Virus record (IMG/VR): IMGVR_UViG_3300035701_007101 | Reading direction: 5' to 3' (one strand) | Origin: a virus | Lineage: Duplodnaviria > Heunggongvirae > Uroviricota > Caudoviricetes | Length of the DNA: 64,000 nucleotides | Shown here: piece by piece, positions 20,965 to 30,176 of the stretch | Layout: each line of letters opens with the position of its first letter | Numbering within the stretch: position 1 is the first letter of the stretch | Notes under the pieces: generated by a model | The model's database searches: none | The model's input: only the letters and a program-made list of their open reading frames with translations | What the model was told of the DNA's origin: nothing | Program-made: the position numbers and the translations under genes

Positions 20965-21276
20965 ATGATTAAAGAAACTATTACTATTCAAGACGTGTGC
21001 GATCTTTTAAATGAGCTATTGAAAAAAGATCCTTTTTGTATTAATAGTCTTATATTTCAAAGAGTTTTTTGTAATAAAGCTATTGCAAATCATCCTACAG
21101 TACAAGTTGATCAATGCGGAAATCAACCTCGTGTGGGTTTAATAGGAATAATCAATGGTTTGTTTGGCATTAGAGAAGATGGTATGGGTGCTTTATGTGC
21201 GGAAGTTAATAATGATGGCGAACTAATAGTTTTTAAGCCAACGCCTCCTCCTATTTCAAATGGACAAATAAGTTGA
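20965..21276 (+). CDS. Small hypothetical protein
   Basis: RBS GAGGAG upstream. First of a run of small ORFs. Confidence 0.35.
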   Translation: MIKETITIQDVCDLLNELLKKDPFCINSLIFQRVFCNKAIANHPTVQVDQCGNQPRVGLIGIINGLFGIREDGMGALCAEVNNDGELIVFKPTPPPISNGQIS

Positions 21277-21288
21277 AAGGAACGCAGC

Positions 21289-21501
21289 ATGAACAAGTAT
21301 AAACAAGCGTTAGTTAAAATATCACATTTTGATGTTCCGCCAGCTGATAATTCATGTTGTTATGAAATGCAAAGAGCTGTATACGACATCAAGGACATAG
21401 CAGAAGCTGCGATCGGTAAACAGCGTAAATCACAACAAACTCAAAAGTTTTGTAGTTGGCAGTGGAAATGTATTGTAGACAAAATATTCGGGCGTTGTTG
21501 A
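21289..21501 (+). CDS. Small hypothetical protein
   Basis: RBS AAGGAACG upstream. Confidence 0.3.
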   Translation: MNKYKQALVKISHFDVPPADNSCCYEMQRAVYDIKDIAEAAIGKQRKSQQTQKFCSWQWKCIVDKIFGRC

Positions 21502-21552
21502 ACTGTTGGTTACAATTTCATTCTTAATTGATACTGAGGAGTTTGCGTTTAA

Positions 21553-21801
21553 ATGAAACATTATACAATTGGTGCTAAGATGGCTTATGGAGATATTAGT
21601 CCTGTTTACGCTGATAATCAGCATGGTGAATGGGTTAAAGCAAAGGATATGGATAAAGCTATAAATAAACTTAAGCTTAAGTTAATAACAGTCAAGAAGG
21701 CAGTATTTACACAATCAAAATTATTAGATAATTGTGCATCTAACTTTAAATCAAAAACAATTTCTGATATAGCGTCTTCTTTAAGAAGCATTAAGTTCTA
21801 A
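21553..21801 (+). CDS. Small hypothetical protein
   Basis: RBS GAGGAG upstream. Confidence 0.3.
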   Translation: MKHYTIGAKMAYGDISPVYADNQHGEWVKAKDMDKAINKLKLKLITVKKAVFTQSKLLDNCASNFKSKTISDIASSLRSIKF

Positions 21802-21836
21802 TAGTCAAGCAGTTTCATTGTGATCAAAAACTGTAA

Positions 21837-22121
21837 ATGATAATGAAATTTAAAAAAATAGAATTAGCTTCAACAAAAGAAACTGACAAGTACGATGAGT
21901 TTGCTGCTGAATTTTTGAAAAAAATCTTTGGAATAAAAAATTTTTTAATTACTGATGAATCAAGTATCTATGATTTTGATTTTGAACTTGTAGGAAAAGT
22001 TCATCATAATACTGAGAAAGTTTTAAAAAAAATTAAAAAAAATTATGGTGTAGATGTTTCAAAAATAAAAGGTTTAAAGCTTCATAAAATTTTTCAAATG
22101 ATTTTTAAACAAAGGCATTAA
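21837..22121 (+). CDS. Small hypothetical protein
   Basis: ORF in a same-strand array. Confidence 0.3.
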   Translation: MIMKFKKIELASTKETDKYDEFAAEFLKKIFGIKNFLITDESSIYDFDFELVGKVHHNTEKVLKKIKKNYGVDVSKIKGLKLHKIFQMIFKQRH

Positions 22122-22122
22122 A

Positions 22123-22380
22123 ATGAGTATAATCTATGATTATCCATTATACAATAATGGGTTTTTACCGATTAAGTTACAATACATAGCTGCTGCTATT
22201 ACTCAAATAGTATGTGATGCAGATGAGTTTGTTTTTAATATAGTTTTAACAGAAGGTCATACTATACGAATATCACGATCAATGGAAACTCCTATTCCAA
22301 ACAATAAAGCTGAATTTGCAGAACAAAGAACAAGATTAATTACAGCATGGAAAGAGCATGAGAATCTTGCAAATAAATGA
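22123..22380 (+). CDS. Small hypothetical protein
   Basis: Start overlaps the previous stop (TAAAATG). Confidence 0.3.
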   Translation: MSIIYDYPLYNNGFLPIKLQYIAAAITQIVCDADEFVFNIVLTEGHTIRISRSMETPIPNNKAEFAEQRTRLITAWKEHENLANK

Positions 22381-22741
22381 TGACACTTTAGTTGATGTCA
22401 AAAAAGTAAAAAAGTATGCTGAGCAGAATATTGTTTCAATTGATACAATAAAAGCTGCAGTTGAATGTCCCATGGAAAGTATCCCTATAGGTGATAATCC
22501 TGAACATGTTGTGTATATTCATGATGGATTTCGTGTAGTTTATTCGATTGAAGAACAGCCTATAGGATTAATAGCTCATTTGTCTATTTCAGTAGAAGCT
22601 GTAGGTAAATATTCAAATGAGCAGGCTGTTAATGTAATTCTTAAAGAATTCGGAATGAATGATGTATCTGAAAGTATAAACGTGTGGTTGGATGAAAGTA
22701 ATCAATCAGTGAACATTTTACAAGAATTTATAAAGGATTAG
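22358..22741 (+). CDS. Small hypothetical protein
   Basis: Overlaps the previous ORF by 23 nt. Confidence 0.3.
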   Translation: MRILQINDDTLVDVKKVKKYAEQNIVSIDTIKAAVECPMESIPIGDNPEHVVYIHDGFRVVYSIEEQPIGLIAHLSISVEAVGKYSNEQAVNVILKEFGMNDVSESINVWLDESNQSVNILQEFIKD

Positions 22742-22860
22742 TATGTTTAGTTTTTTTGAAGATATGATGGACGGTATTTATTTTGCTATTGATGTGTTTA
22801 TAGAAACTGTCAATGACATTGTAGACAGCCTTTTCCAGTGGTGATTAATAGGAGAAAATT

Positions 22861-23430
22861 ATGAATTATCAAGAAAGACCTTGCGAGTCTCAACCAGGCG
22901 ACATAATAAATAGCATAAAGAGATATGAGTGTGCCGCTATGATATGTAAAGGCAAACGAGTGTTAGACTTTTCATGCGGTTATGGCTATGGTACAAATGT
23001 TTTTCATAAAGCCGGTATTGATGTAGTAGGAGTAGAAAGAGATGCTCCAGTTATAGAAGAGGCAAGAAAGAAATTTCCAAGATGTAAATTTATGGTTGCT
23101 GAAGCGTTTGCTATTGATTTAACGCAGTTTGACATAATTGTTTCTATGGAAGTTATTGAACATTTAGAATTTGAAGACAGAGATGCAACGTTGAAATTAT
23201 TTAGTAGTAAAGTAAAAGAAATTATTATGTCAACACCAAATGGTGACATGTTTCCTTATAGACCAAAAGAGAAAAAAGATCGAATTGGTTTTCATGTTTG
23301 TCATTATGCATATCTTGAACTGGACGATATTTTCAGAAAATTCTACAGCAATGTTGCAATTCTTGGACAAGCCTTTGACCCAAGAATTGGAAAATATACA
23401 GGTCATTTAGTATATGCTGCAAATACATAG
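22861..23430 (+). CDS. Class I SAM-dependent methyltransferase
   Basis: Motif I 'VLDFSCGYGYG', motif 'DIIVSMEVIEHL'. RBS AGGAGAAAATTATG. Stop codon TAG. Confidence 0.65.
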   Translation: MNYQERPCESQPGDIINSIKRYECAAMICKGKRVLDFSCGYGYGTNVFHKAGIDVVGVERDAPVIEEARKKFPRCKFMVAEAFAIDLTQFDIIVSMEVIEHLEFEDRDATLKLFSSKVKEIIMSTPNGDMFPYRPKEKKDRIGFHVCHYAYLELDDIFRKFYSNVAILGQAFDPRIGKYTGHLVYAANT

Positions 23431-23440
23431 GAGATTGCCT

Positions 23441-23584
23441 ATGAATGAACGTTCAATTAAAGTTTTGAAAAGTCAAGGATTCTTTTTAATTAAAGAATTG
23501 GAGAATGGAATGTATAGAGCTCAGTATGATAAAACTGTTTATTACAATTTGTATGTTGTTGGTAATTTAGTGAGACAAGCCTAA
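23441..23584 (+). CDS. Small ORF (47 aa)
   Basis: RBS GGAG 8 nt upstream of ATG. Under 60 aa so absent from the track. Confidence 0.25.
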   Translation: MNERSIKVLKSQGFFLIKELENGMYRAQYDKTVYYNLYVVGNLVRQA

Positions 23585-23586
23585 TT

Positions 23587-24753
23587 ATGAAAGCAATTTA
23601 TGCATTTTCGGGTGATCCAATAACATTTGGTCACATTGATATTATAGAAAGAGCTGCTAAGGTTTTTACAAAAGTGTTAGTTTGTATTGGCAGTAATCCA
23701 GATAAAAAGTATATGTTTACACTTGAACAAAGATTGCAAATGGCCCAAGATGCATTGTCGTCAATTAAAAATGTTGACGTCAAATCTTTTTCAGGATTGC
23801 TTGTTGACTTTGCTTTTGAGCAAAACATTTCAGTTATAATAAAAGGTGTTAGAAATACTACAGATTTTGAATATGAAAATACTCTTCATGCTGTAGGCGA
23901 AAGTCAAAAATTAGGTATTGAAACATTTATATTGTTTGCAAAACCACAATTGGCTCATGTTAGCTCTAGTACAGTTAAGTCAATTCAAAAAGAACATGGC
24001 TTTATTCATGAATATGTTACATTGAATGTTAAAGAAGCTTTAGAGAAGCAGATGTCAAAACAGCTTATTATTGGTGTGACTGGTGAAATTGCTGCTGGAA
24101 AATCGTATGTAACTGATGCATTAGTTAGTTTGCTGGATAAGTCAAAAATTGAAGCTCATAATATTGATTTAGATATTATTGCACATGAAATATTAGGTAG
24201 TTTAAAATTGCCTCAATATGTTGAAGTTAGACACAAAATATCTGCTAGATTTGGTGAAACCATTAAGGATCTTTATGATTCTATTAATAGAAAAAAATTA
24301 GGAGCAATAGTGTTTAAGGATTCAAATGCTCTTAAAGATTTAAATGACATAATGAGAGATTCAATACTTGTAAGAATTAAAAGAGAATTAAATAACAAAG
24401 AAGGCATTATCTTTTTGAATGCTGCTTTACTTGTAGAAGCAGGTATGACAGATTTATGTAATAATAATGTGATTTTAGTTAAGTGTGACAAAGTTGTTCA
24501 GAGATCACGTCTTTACAAACGAGGCCTTTCAACTGTTCAATTAAATAAACGATTAAAATCTCAATATTCTTATGATGAAAAGAAAGCAGTTCTTGCTGAG
24601 AGAATAAGAGAACATAACAAATATACAGGTAATATATTTATTGTAGATACTTCAAAAAATGACTCTGACATTATAAATACTGCTAAATTATTATCAAATT
24701 TGCAAAGCGGTGATTCTAAAGGATTGTGGAAAAACAAATTTTTGACTTTATAA
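23587..24753 (+). CDS. Bifunctional phosphopantetheine adenylyltransferase / dephospho-CoA kinase (CoaD-CoaE fusion)
   Basis: N-terminal 'KAIYAFSGDPITFGHIDIIERA' is the PPAT (CoaD) signature (GTFDPIT.GH..I.ERA). C-terminal half has the P-loop 'IIGVTGEIAAGKSYV' and 'NIDLDIIAHE' typical of DPCK (CoaE). Confidence 0.7.
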   Translation: MKAIYAFSGDPITFGHIDIIERAAKVFTKVLVCIGSNPDKKYMFTLEQRLQMAQDALSSIKNVDVKSFSGLLVDFAFEQNISVIIKGVRNTTDFEYENTLHAVGESQKLGIETFILFAKPQLAHVSSSTVKSIQKEHGFIHEYVTLNVKEALEKQMSKQLIIGVTGEIAAGKSYVTDALVSLLDKSKIEAHNIDLDIIAHEILGSLKLPQYVEVRHKISARFGETIKDLYDSINRKKLGAIVFKDSNALKDLNDIMRDSILVRIKRELNNKEGIIFLNAALLVEAGMTDLCNNNVILVKCDKVVQRSRLYKRGLSTVQLNKRLKSQYSYDEKKAVLAERIREHNKYTGNIFIVDTSKNDSDIINTAKLLSNLQSGDSKGLWKNKFLTL

Positions 24754-24824
24754 CCCTCTATAACTCAGTGGTAGAGTGGCGTTCTCTAAAAATGCTGTCA
24801 TCAGTTCAAATCTGATTAGAGGGA
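24754..24824 (+). tRNA. Suppressor tRNA, anticodon CUA (reads UAG amber)
   Basis: Manual cloverleaf fold. Acceptor CCCTCTA/TAGAGGG (7 bp), U8, D-stem ACTC/GAGT with loop AGTGGTA, anticodon stem GCGTT/AATGC, loop C-U-CUA-A-A (anticodon at 24786-24788), variable 4 nt, T-arm ATCAG-TTCAAAT-CTGAT, discriminator A. No encoded CCA. Confidence 0.8.
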
Positions 24825-24837
24825 TTGATAAATTATA

Positions 24838-24861
24838 AGAGGGATTAAAATCCCTCTTTTT
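24838..24861. terminator. Bidirectional terminator hairpin between the tRNA and the convergent minus-strand genes
   Basis: AGAGGGAT-taaa-ATCCCTCT perfect 8-bp stem followed by a T run. Confidence 0.55.
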
Positions 24862-25243
24862 ATGCAAAATTTAAGTGCTTAAAAATCTCGCCAGTATCAA
24901 TACATGCAATAGCTGTAACTTGATTATTCAAATCAGGTTCTTTAAATGACACATATATTTTTTTACGAGCAGCAAGTTTTGCTGCCCATAAATTTAAAAC
25001 TGATTCATTTCTTATACCAAGAAATATAAGATATGAATTATTCCATTTTTTATATGCTTCTAAATCACCTTTTAATGAATACTCGACAATAGCATGAGCA
25101 CCTTGCACGCACCGATACGTTTGATCTAGATCTTTACGCACCAATACATACATTCTCGGTTCTCGAATATTCATTAATCCAACTCCTAATAAGTTCTTGA
25201 TCAGGTTCGTTACCTTCTGCACATTTTGACTCAATTTGCTCAT
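24860..25243 (-). CDS. Putative peptidyl-tRNA hydrolase, PTH2 family (start uncertain; may be the internal Met near 25153)
   Basis: 'RMYVLVRKDLDQTYRCVQGAHAIVEY' resembles the Pth2 core 'KMVIVVRSDIKMGKGKIAAQVAHAA'. Length about 115 aa for the domain. Overlaps the upstream ORF if the first Met is used. Confidence 0.45.
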   Translation of the reverse strand: MSKLSQNVQKVTNLIKNLLGVGLMNIREPRMYVLVRKDLDQTYRCVQGAHAIVEYSLKGDLEAYKKWNNSYLIFLGIRNESVLNLWAAKLAARKKIYVSFKEPDLNNQVTAIACIDTGEIFKHLNFA

Positions 25244-25436
25244 ATTTAGTTCCTCGCATTAAACAATATGCAATATGTTTATGTCTGTATTGCCATCGTT
25301 CAAGTTTTAATTTGAATTGTAATTCACCAGCATAAAGACAACTTCTTTGAGTTTCTTTGAGATTCTTTTTATTAATTTTAATTTGAGAGGCTAATTGCTT
25401 AAGTTCGTTTTTGAAAGAAAGAATATTTGAATTCAT
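25134..25436 (-). CDS. Hypothetical protein
   Basis: 100-aa ORF overlapping the PTH2-like ORF's 5' region. Confidence 0.3.
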   Translation of the reverse strand: MNSNILSFKNELKQLASQIKINKKNLKETQRSCLYAGELQFKLKLERWQYRHKHIAYCLMRGTKYEQIESKCAEGNEPDQELIRSWINEYSRTENVCIGA

Positions 25437-25588
25437 AACTACACTCCTATTTATTTGTTTGTTGATTAATTAAACGTAATTTGACATGATCAACGAGCGT
25501 AGTTAAAATTAGGGAGGTTTGAATATCTACAGCATTTTTTAATATCTCCTATTATAATAGCTAATATATAACATTTTAATCAACGATG

Positions 25589-25810
25589 TTACATGTTTTC
25601 AATAAAATAATTGCATTGACAATATTTACAGCCCACGACAGCCATCTTTTCATAAGTGTCAAAGTGACGATAATATGGATGACCACATTTACATAGTCGA
25701 TCATCACCATAATTTGGATTGTAATGTAATTCTTTAACTATTGAAGTAATTTCAATGTATGGCTTATTATCATCTTTTAATGGTTTAATATCTGTTATTC
25801 TCATTGTCAT
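25589..25810 (-). CDS. Small Cys-rich (zinc-binding?) protein
   Basis: 'CKCGHPYYRHF...CKYCQC'. Confidence 0.35.
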   Translation of the reverse strand: MTMRITDIKPLKDDNKPYIEITSIVKELHYNPNYGDDRLCKCGHPYYRHFDTYEKMAVVGCKYCQCNYFIENM

Positions 25811-27072
25811 TGTTTAAATACCTCGTCAAATGTTTTTTCTTCAATAGTAGAATTAAAATGAGTCTTAAACATATTTTTACTGCGCATGTAATCGTGTATT
25901 GTTATTTTTTGATGTTCAGTAATTTTATCATAATCCCAGAAAAATCTATTCATTGACACTTTGACAAAACCTTTTTTATCAAGAAGAATTTGAGCATCTT
26001 TTCCTTCATGTTTGAAATTAAATTTTTCACAAAGTTCTTCAGAAAAATTAATATGATTCAAGTCAGAACAACCATAAAAATTTCCATCGCGATCAATATA
26101 ACCGGATCTCCATTCTGTTTTTCTAATATCTTCTGGCTCAATATTTTTGCGATCACTTTCTTTAAGTAATGCATTAACATATTGTTCTACATTTATAGCA
26201 GGCCCAATATTAGCCATAGCTCTGGCAATAATAGCATCAGATTGATTAGTTCTTGCATTGACAAAACTATCATTTTCATTTCCTAAAAGAGTAGTGAATT
26301 CCGGTTGTTTTGACTCATAACTTTCATGAACTATTTCATTGTCGCTAAAAACAAACAAATGCTCATATTTTTTATTAAAATAGTCTCTTATTGGATTTAA
26401 ATATGAAAATACTTCAGTGTAAACTCCGTAATTATGAAATTGACTCTTATAATTTTTTTTGTTTTTAAAAGTAGGGCCTTCAGATAATTCTAAAAAATCA
26501 GTAGGCAAATATTCTAAAGTTGGATCTAAAAAGAATTGTCTTGAAATATTTCTAATATCTGCCCAATATTCATTTATTTTTACTCTAATACTATTTTCAA
26601 TTTTATTTTCTTCAACTGCTGAAAGCCAATTTAAAGTGTAAAATTTATTCTCTTTAAAAGTAGAAGGATATTTTCGAATTAATCTAAAAGAACGAAGATG
26701 AAACTCTGAGATATATAATCGAACTTTCTTAAGTAACATTACATCATGCCAACTATCAAGTAACGGAAAATGCTTATTGTCTTTGCCTGATTTATTAGGA
26801 TCCCAACATTTTCTGTTATCATCCACAATATCAAACTCATTAGTACCAACAAATTTTTTCTTGCCAGATACAATATCAATGAAATGTGTGTTTATGTCAT
26901 CAATAGAACTGCATTGCGGAAACGTGTCTGTCCACATTTTGACGGCTTTTAATTCGCTACCTTCAGCCCAAAGATGTCGAAGTAACCATGTCATCGCTTT
27001 TCCTTCAATAGTAAAATAACATATTTTCATTGTCATAGTTTGTTTTTCTTTCAATCGTAAAAATTGCGCCAC
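25807..27072 (-). CDS. Hypothetical protein (421 aa)
   Basis: Long ORF, overlaps its neighbours by 4 and 22 nt (operon-like coupling). Confidence 0.5.
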   Translation of the reverse strand: MAQFLRLKEKQTMTMKICYFTIEGKAMTWLLRHLWAEGSELKAVKMWTDTFPQCSSIDDINTHFIDIVSGKKKFVGTNEFDIVDDNRKCWDPNKSGKDNKHFPLLDSWHDVMLLKKVRLYISEFHLRSFRLIRKYPSTFKENKFYTLNWLSAVEENKIENSIRVKINEYWADIRNISRQFFLDPTLEYLPTDFLELSEGPTFKNKKNYKSQFHNYGVYTEVFSYLNPIRDYFNKKYEHLFVFSDNEIVHESYESKQPEFTTLLGNENDSFVNARTNQSDAIIARAMANIGPAINVEQYVNALLKESDRKNIEPEDIRKTEWRSGYIDRDGNFYGCSDLNHINFSEELCEKFNFKHEGKDAQILLDKKGFVKVSMNRFFWDYDKITEHQKITIHDYMRSKNMFKTHFNSTIEEKTFDEVFKQ

Positions 27073-27401
27073 AAATAGTGAACACGAGATGAGTTTCGTA
27101 ATAATCCAAGTTGGGTAATTTTATTGATATTATCCACATTCAACTTTTCATTGATATTGTTCACATCCAGCTGATTAGGCAGACAAGAAAATGAGTCTAC
27201 ATTAGTTGATCGCATATCTTTTATTAAAAAATCTTGTTGATGATCAACTGTAATATACTTTACATTTTCACATGATTTTTTAATTTCACTTGAAAGTGCA
27301 GACGAATCTGACATTGATCGCATATCTGGAGACACTTTTACTGTATGATTTGGCCATTGTAGTTCATCTGCTTTGTTGTCTATATGTAATATCATAAGCA
27401 C
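27051..27401 (-). CDS. Hypothetical protein
   Basis: ORF in a minus-strand array. Confidence 0.35.
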   Translation of the reverse strand: MLMILHIDNKADELQWPNHTVKVSPDMRSMSDSSALSSEIKKSCENVKYITVDHQQDFLIKDMRSTNVDSFSCLPNQLDVNNINEKLNVDNINKITQLGLLRNSSRVHYLWRNFYD

Positions 27402-27619
27402 TCCTTTGTATAGTTTTTTTTACTTAATTTTTCACATTCTTTACAATATGTTTCAGACAAATGCCCTTTTTTACCCCAGACAGAGAGAGGAATTTCAGTT
27501 CGCATTACTTTTTTATTACCACATAAAGCAGGCTGACCGTTTAAACCAGTCTTTGATAAATGGAAATGCCACATGCCTTCTATACCTTCAACTATTTTTA
27601 AATTCTTTTGCATTTTCAT
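27392..27619 (-). CDS. Small zinc-ribbon-like protein
   Basis: 'CGNKK...CKECEK'. Confidence 0.35.
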   Translation of the reverse strand: MKMQKNLKIVEGIEGMWHFHLSKTGLNGQPALCGNKKVMRTEIPLSVWGKKGHLSETYCKECEKLSKKNYTKECL

Positions 27620-27812
27620 ACTCTTCTGTATATTGTATTATTTTTTCACAATCAGTTTTATCAAGTTCACCAATATGAATTTTTTTCTTTCCCATTTTAT
27701 TTGATATCCAAGAATAAGCTTCATTTTTAGTCATTTTGCCGTTTTTCCATAATTTATCAAATGCATTGTGCGCTTTAATTCGCCAATCTTTAACTTCTTT
27801 GGTTGCGGGCAC
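27588..27812 (-). CDS. Small hypothetical protein (GTG start in track; true start uncertain)
   Basis: Protein-like sequence; overlaps the upstream zinc-ribbon ORF in a different frame. Confidence 0.3.
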   Translation of the reverse strand: MPATKEVKDWRIKAHNAFDKLWKNGKMTKNEAYSWISNKMGKKKIHIGELDKTDCEKIIQYTEEYENAKEFKNS

Positions 27813-27814
27813 TC

Positions 27815-27982
27815 CTAATGGCTCACTTTCAGATTTGCACCATGAGAGCCATTACAATTAGGATAATTGATACAACTATAAAATTTTTTACTTTGACCAT
27901 TGTATTTGAATTTTGAAGTCTCTTTGAGGATCATGTCTGATTTGCAATATGGACAAGCATTTTTTAATGTTGTCGTTGTCAT
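27815..27982 (-). CDS. Small topoisomerase-type C4 zinc-ribbon protein (55 aa), TAG-terminated
   Basis: Own translation: MTTTTLKNACPYCKSDMILKETSKFKYNGQSKKFYSCINYPNCNGSHGANLKVSH-TAG. 'CPYC...SCINYPNC' resembles zf-C4 of topoisomerase. RBS AAGAG 5 nt upstream. Under 60 aa so absent from the track. Confidence 0.3.
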   Translation of the reverse strand: MTTTTLKNACPYCKSDMILKETSKFKYNGQSKKFYSCINYPNCNGSHGANLKVSH

Positions 27983-27995
27983 TGACTCTTATTTC

Positions 27996-29660
27996 TCACT
28001 TCTTGAAAATGTTATCTACAGTTAACCACGCTCTTTTTGACATCCACAAACCAAATGTTTTCACATATATAATTTGATTTTTTTCATGAGCATCAGAACC
28101 CAATGAAATTTTTACGCCCAAACTCTTGCATCTTTTAAGAATCATTTCATTTGCATCTAATCTATTTGGCTGACAATTCAATTCAATTGCAACATTATTC
28201 TGTTTACAGGCTTGCAAAACAGTTTCTACGTCAACTAAATGACCCTCACGTTCATTTATTATTCGACCAATTATATGACCTATTGTATGAACTTTGCCTG
28301 TCTGTATTGCTTTCACGTACGTTTCTGTAACATCTTTCTGTGTATTGGTATGAATTGAAGCGATTACAAAATCAAGCTGATCTAAAATTTCATCAGGATA
28401 ATCTAATGAACCATCACTTTTAATATCAACTTCAGACCCTTTCAATATCTTAATCATTGGATATTTTACTCTCAAAATATCGATTTCTTTATTCCTTTTC
28501 AATAAATCATTGATAGATAAACCTTTTGCAATTTTCAATGACTGAGAATGATCTGTTATTGCTATTTCTTCAAGATCTTGACTAATGGCAAAATTAACAA
28601 TTTCTTCAATTGATGATTTGCCGTCTGACCACGTTGAGTGTATATGATAATCACCTACAATATTTGACTTATCTAATAAAGTGATAATATTTTGGTCTAA
28701 TTTGTATTTTTGTATTTCATCTTGACCGCTTCTATGTTCTGGCGGTACCCAATGTAAACCGAGCAATTTGTAAATGTCTTTTTCAGTTCCATTGTCAAGT
28801 CTATCGCCAGTTCTTTCATTTCCATTTCTTTTGTATAAACCGTATTGTGAAAGAATGAGACCTTTTGATATTGCAATTTCACGCAATCTTTTATTATGAT
28901 CTGCAGAACCTGTTAAATGCATCAAACCAGATTCAAAATCTTTTTCACTAAATGCATAACAATCAACTCGAACGCCTTTTATCCATATTGATGATTTTTT
29001 TTCACCAGAATCAATTACACTATCGACAATTGGCATTTGTTCAAACACTCTTAATGAATCTTCTTCATTTTTTGGAATGATTGCGATGTCAATGTCACCG
29101 ACAGTTTCCGTCGACCTTCTGAATGATCCACCGACATCGATTCTTAAAACGTAAGGAGATACATAAGAAAAAATATCTCTGACTAAAATAATTGCTTCGT
29201 CTAATCTTATCCTGCCCTTTGTTTTATCTAAATATTCAAGACCTTTTTTTACTTTCAAGATCATTTTATCACCAAGGACAGAACTAATTGAATTGTCAGC
29301 TATAGAAGCTTTTAATTGTTCAATCGTAAATATGCTTAATTCACGTTGAATCTTTATAGCAGTTTTTTCTCCAATACCTTCAACTTTTAATAATTCATCA
29401 ATTTTAAAACTAGATGTAAGATGTTGTTTATTGTCTTCGATATATTGGATTTTACCCGTAGATAAATATTCTTTGATATGACCTGCTATTTTAGGCCCTA
29501 TGCCTTTTGTATTTTCTAAATCTATAGTATTTATAGGTACTGATAATAAACGGACAAATTGCGAAGCTTTTACATAAGCTCCAACAGAGAATGCATTAGA
29601 ACCAGTAGCTTTTTTAATCTTCGATATCTCTAATAAAATATCACTTACATTATCATTCAT
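27996..29660 (-). CDS. Family X DNA polymerase (Pol beta-like) with C-terminal PHP domain
   Basis: HhH motifs at the N-terminus, nucleotidyltransferase motif 'GGSFRRSTETVGDIDIAI', PHP motifs 'GDYHIHSTWSDG' and 'ITDHS'. Confidence 0.8.
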   Translation of the reverse strand: MNDNVSDILLEISKIKKATGSNAFSVGAYVKASQFVRLLSVPINTIDLENTKGIGPKIAGHIKEYLSTGKIQYIEDNKQHLTSSFKIDELLKVEGIGEKTAIKIQRELSIFTIEQLKASIADNSISSVLGDKMILKVKKGLEYLDKTKGRIRLDEAIILVRDIFSYVSPYVLRIDVGGSFRRSTETVGDIDIAIIPKNEEDSLRVFEQMPIVDSVIDSGEKKSSIWIKGVRVDCYAFSEKDFESGLMHLTGSADHNKRLREIAISKGLILSQYGLYKRNGNERTGDRLDNGTEKDIYKLLGLHWVPPEHRSGQDEIQKYKLDQNIITLLDKSNIVGDYHIHSTWSDGKSSIEEIVNFAISQDLEEIAITDHSQSLKIAKGLSINDLLKRNKEIDILRVKYPMIKILKGSEVDIKSDGSLDYPDEILDQLDFVIASIHTNTQKDVTETYVKAIQTGKVHTIGHIIGRIINEREGHLVDVETVLQACKQNNVAIELNCQPNRLDANEMILKRCKSLGVKISLGSDAHEKNQIIYVKTFGLWMSKRAWLTVDNIFKK

Positions 29661-29730
29661 ATATATATAGTCATATAGATAAGCGTAGAAAACAATAATC
29701 TATGACTTACTCTATCAATTATCGTAGCAT

Positions 29731-30090
29731 TTACTTTATTTCAATTAGCGTAGAATCAGCTGTAAGTGCAGTCTGCTTAGGTAAAATAACTGATAGCCCA
29801 CAATCATGACCTTGAAAGAAAGAATGAGTGACGCAAGCTGCGCCTTGAGGTATATTAACAACTTCATTTTCTGGTCTTTTCCAAGGAGCAAAATCAGGAG
29901 GTGTTAATATCTTTTTATTATCTAATCGAACAAATTTATAATAAGTTCGAGAACCGCCAGACCAATTTGCGTTGTATCCAGTGTCTATAGAGTCTTCATA
30001 AGATAAATAAAATTTTCGACCGGTATAATCTGGATATACTTGTTTTGCTAATCTATAAATTTTAGGATGCGACTTCTTTGTTATTTTCAT
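29731..30090 (-). CDS. Hypothetical protein
   Basis: 119-aa ORF. Confidence 0.4.
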   Translation of the reverse strand: MKITKKSHPKIYRLAKQVYPDYTGRKFYLSYEDSIDTGYNANWSGGSRTYYKFVRLDNKKILTPPDFAPWKRPENEVVNIPQGAACVTHSFFQGHDCGLSVILPKQTALTADSTLIEIK

Positions 30091-30176
30091 AAATAAATAA
30101 TCAATTAAATAATCATAGACATGTAAAGCTATTGAGGCATCTTACATATAAATCACTATGAAAGGAATCTTCTTTT

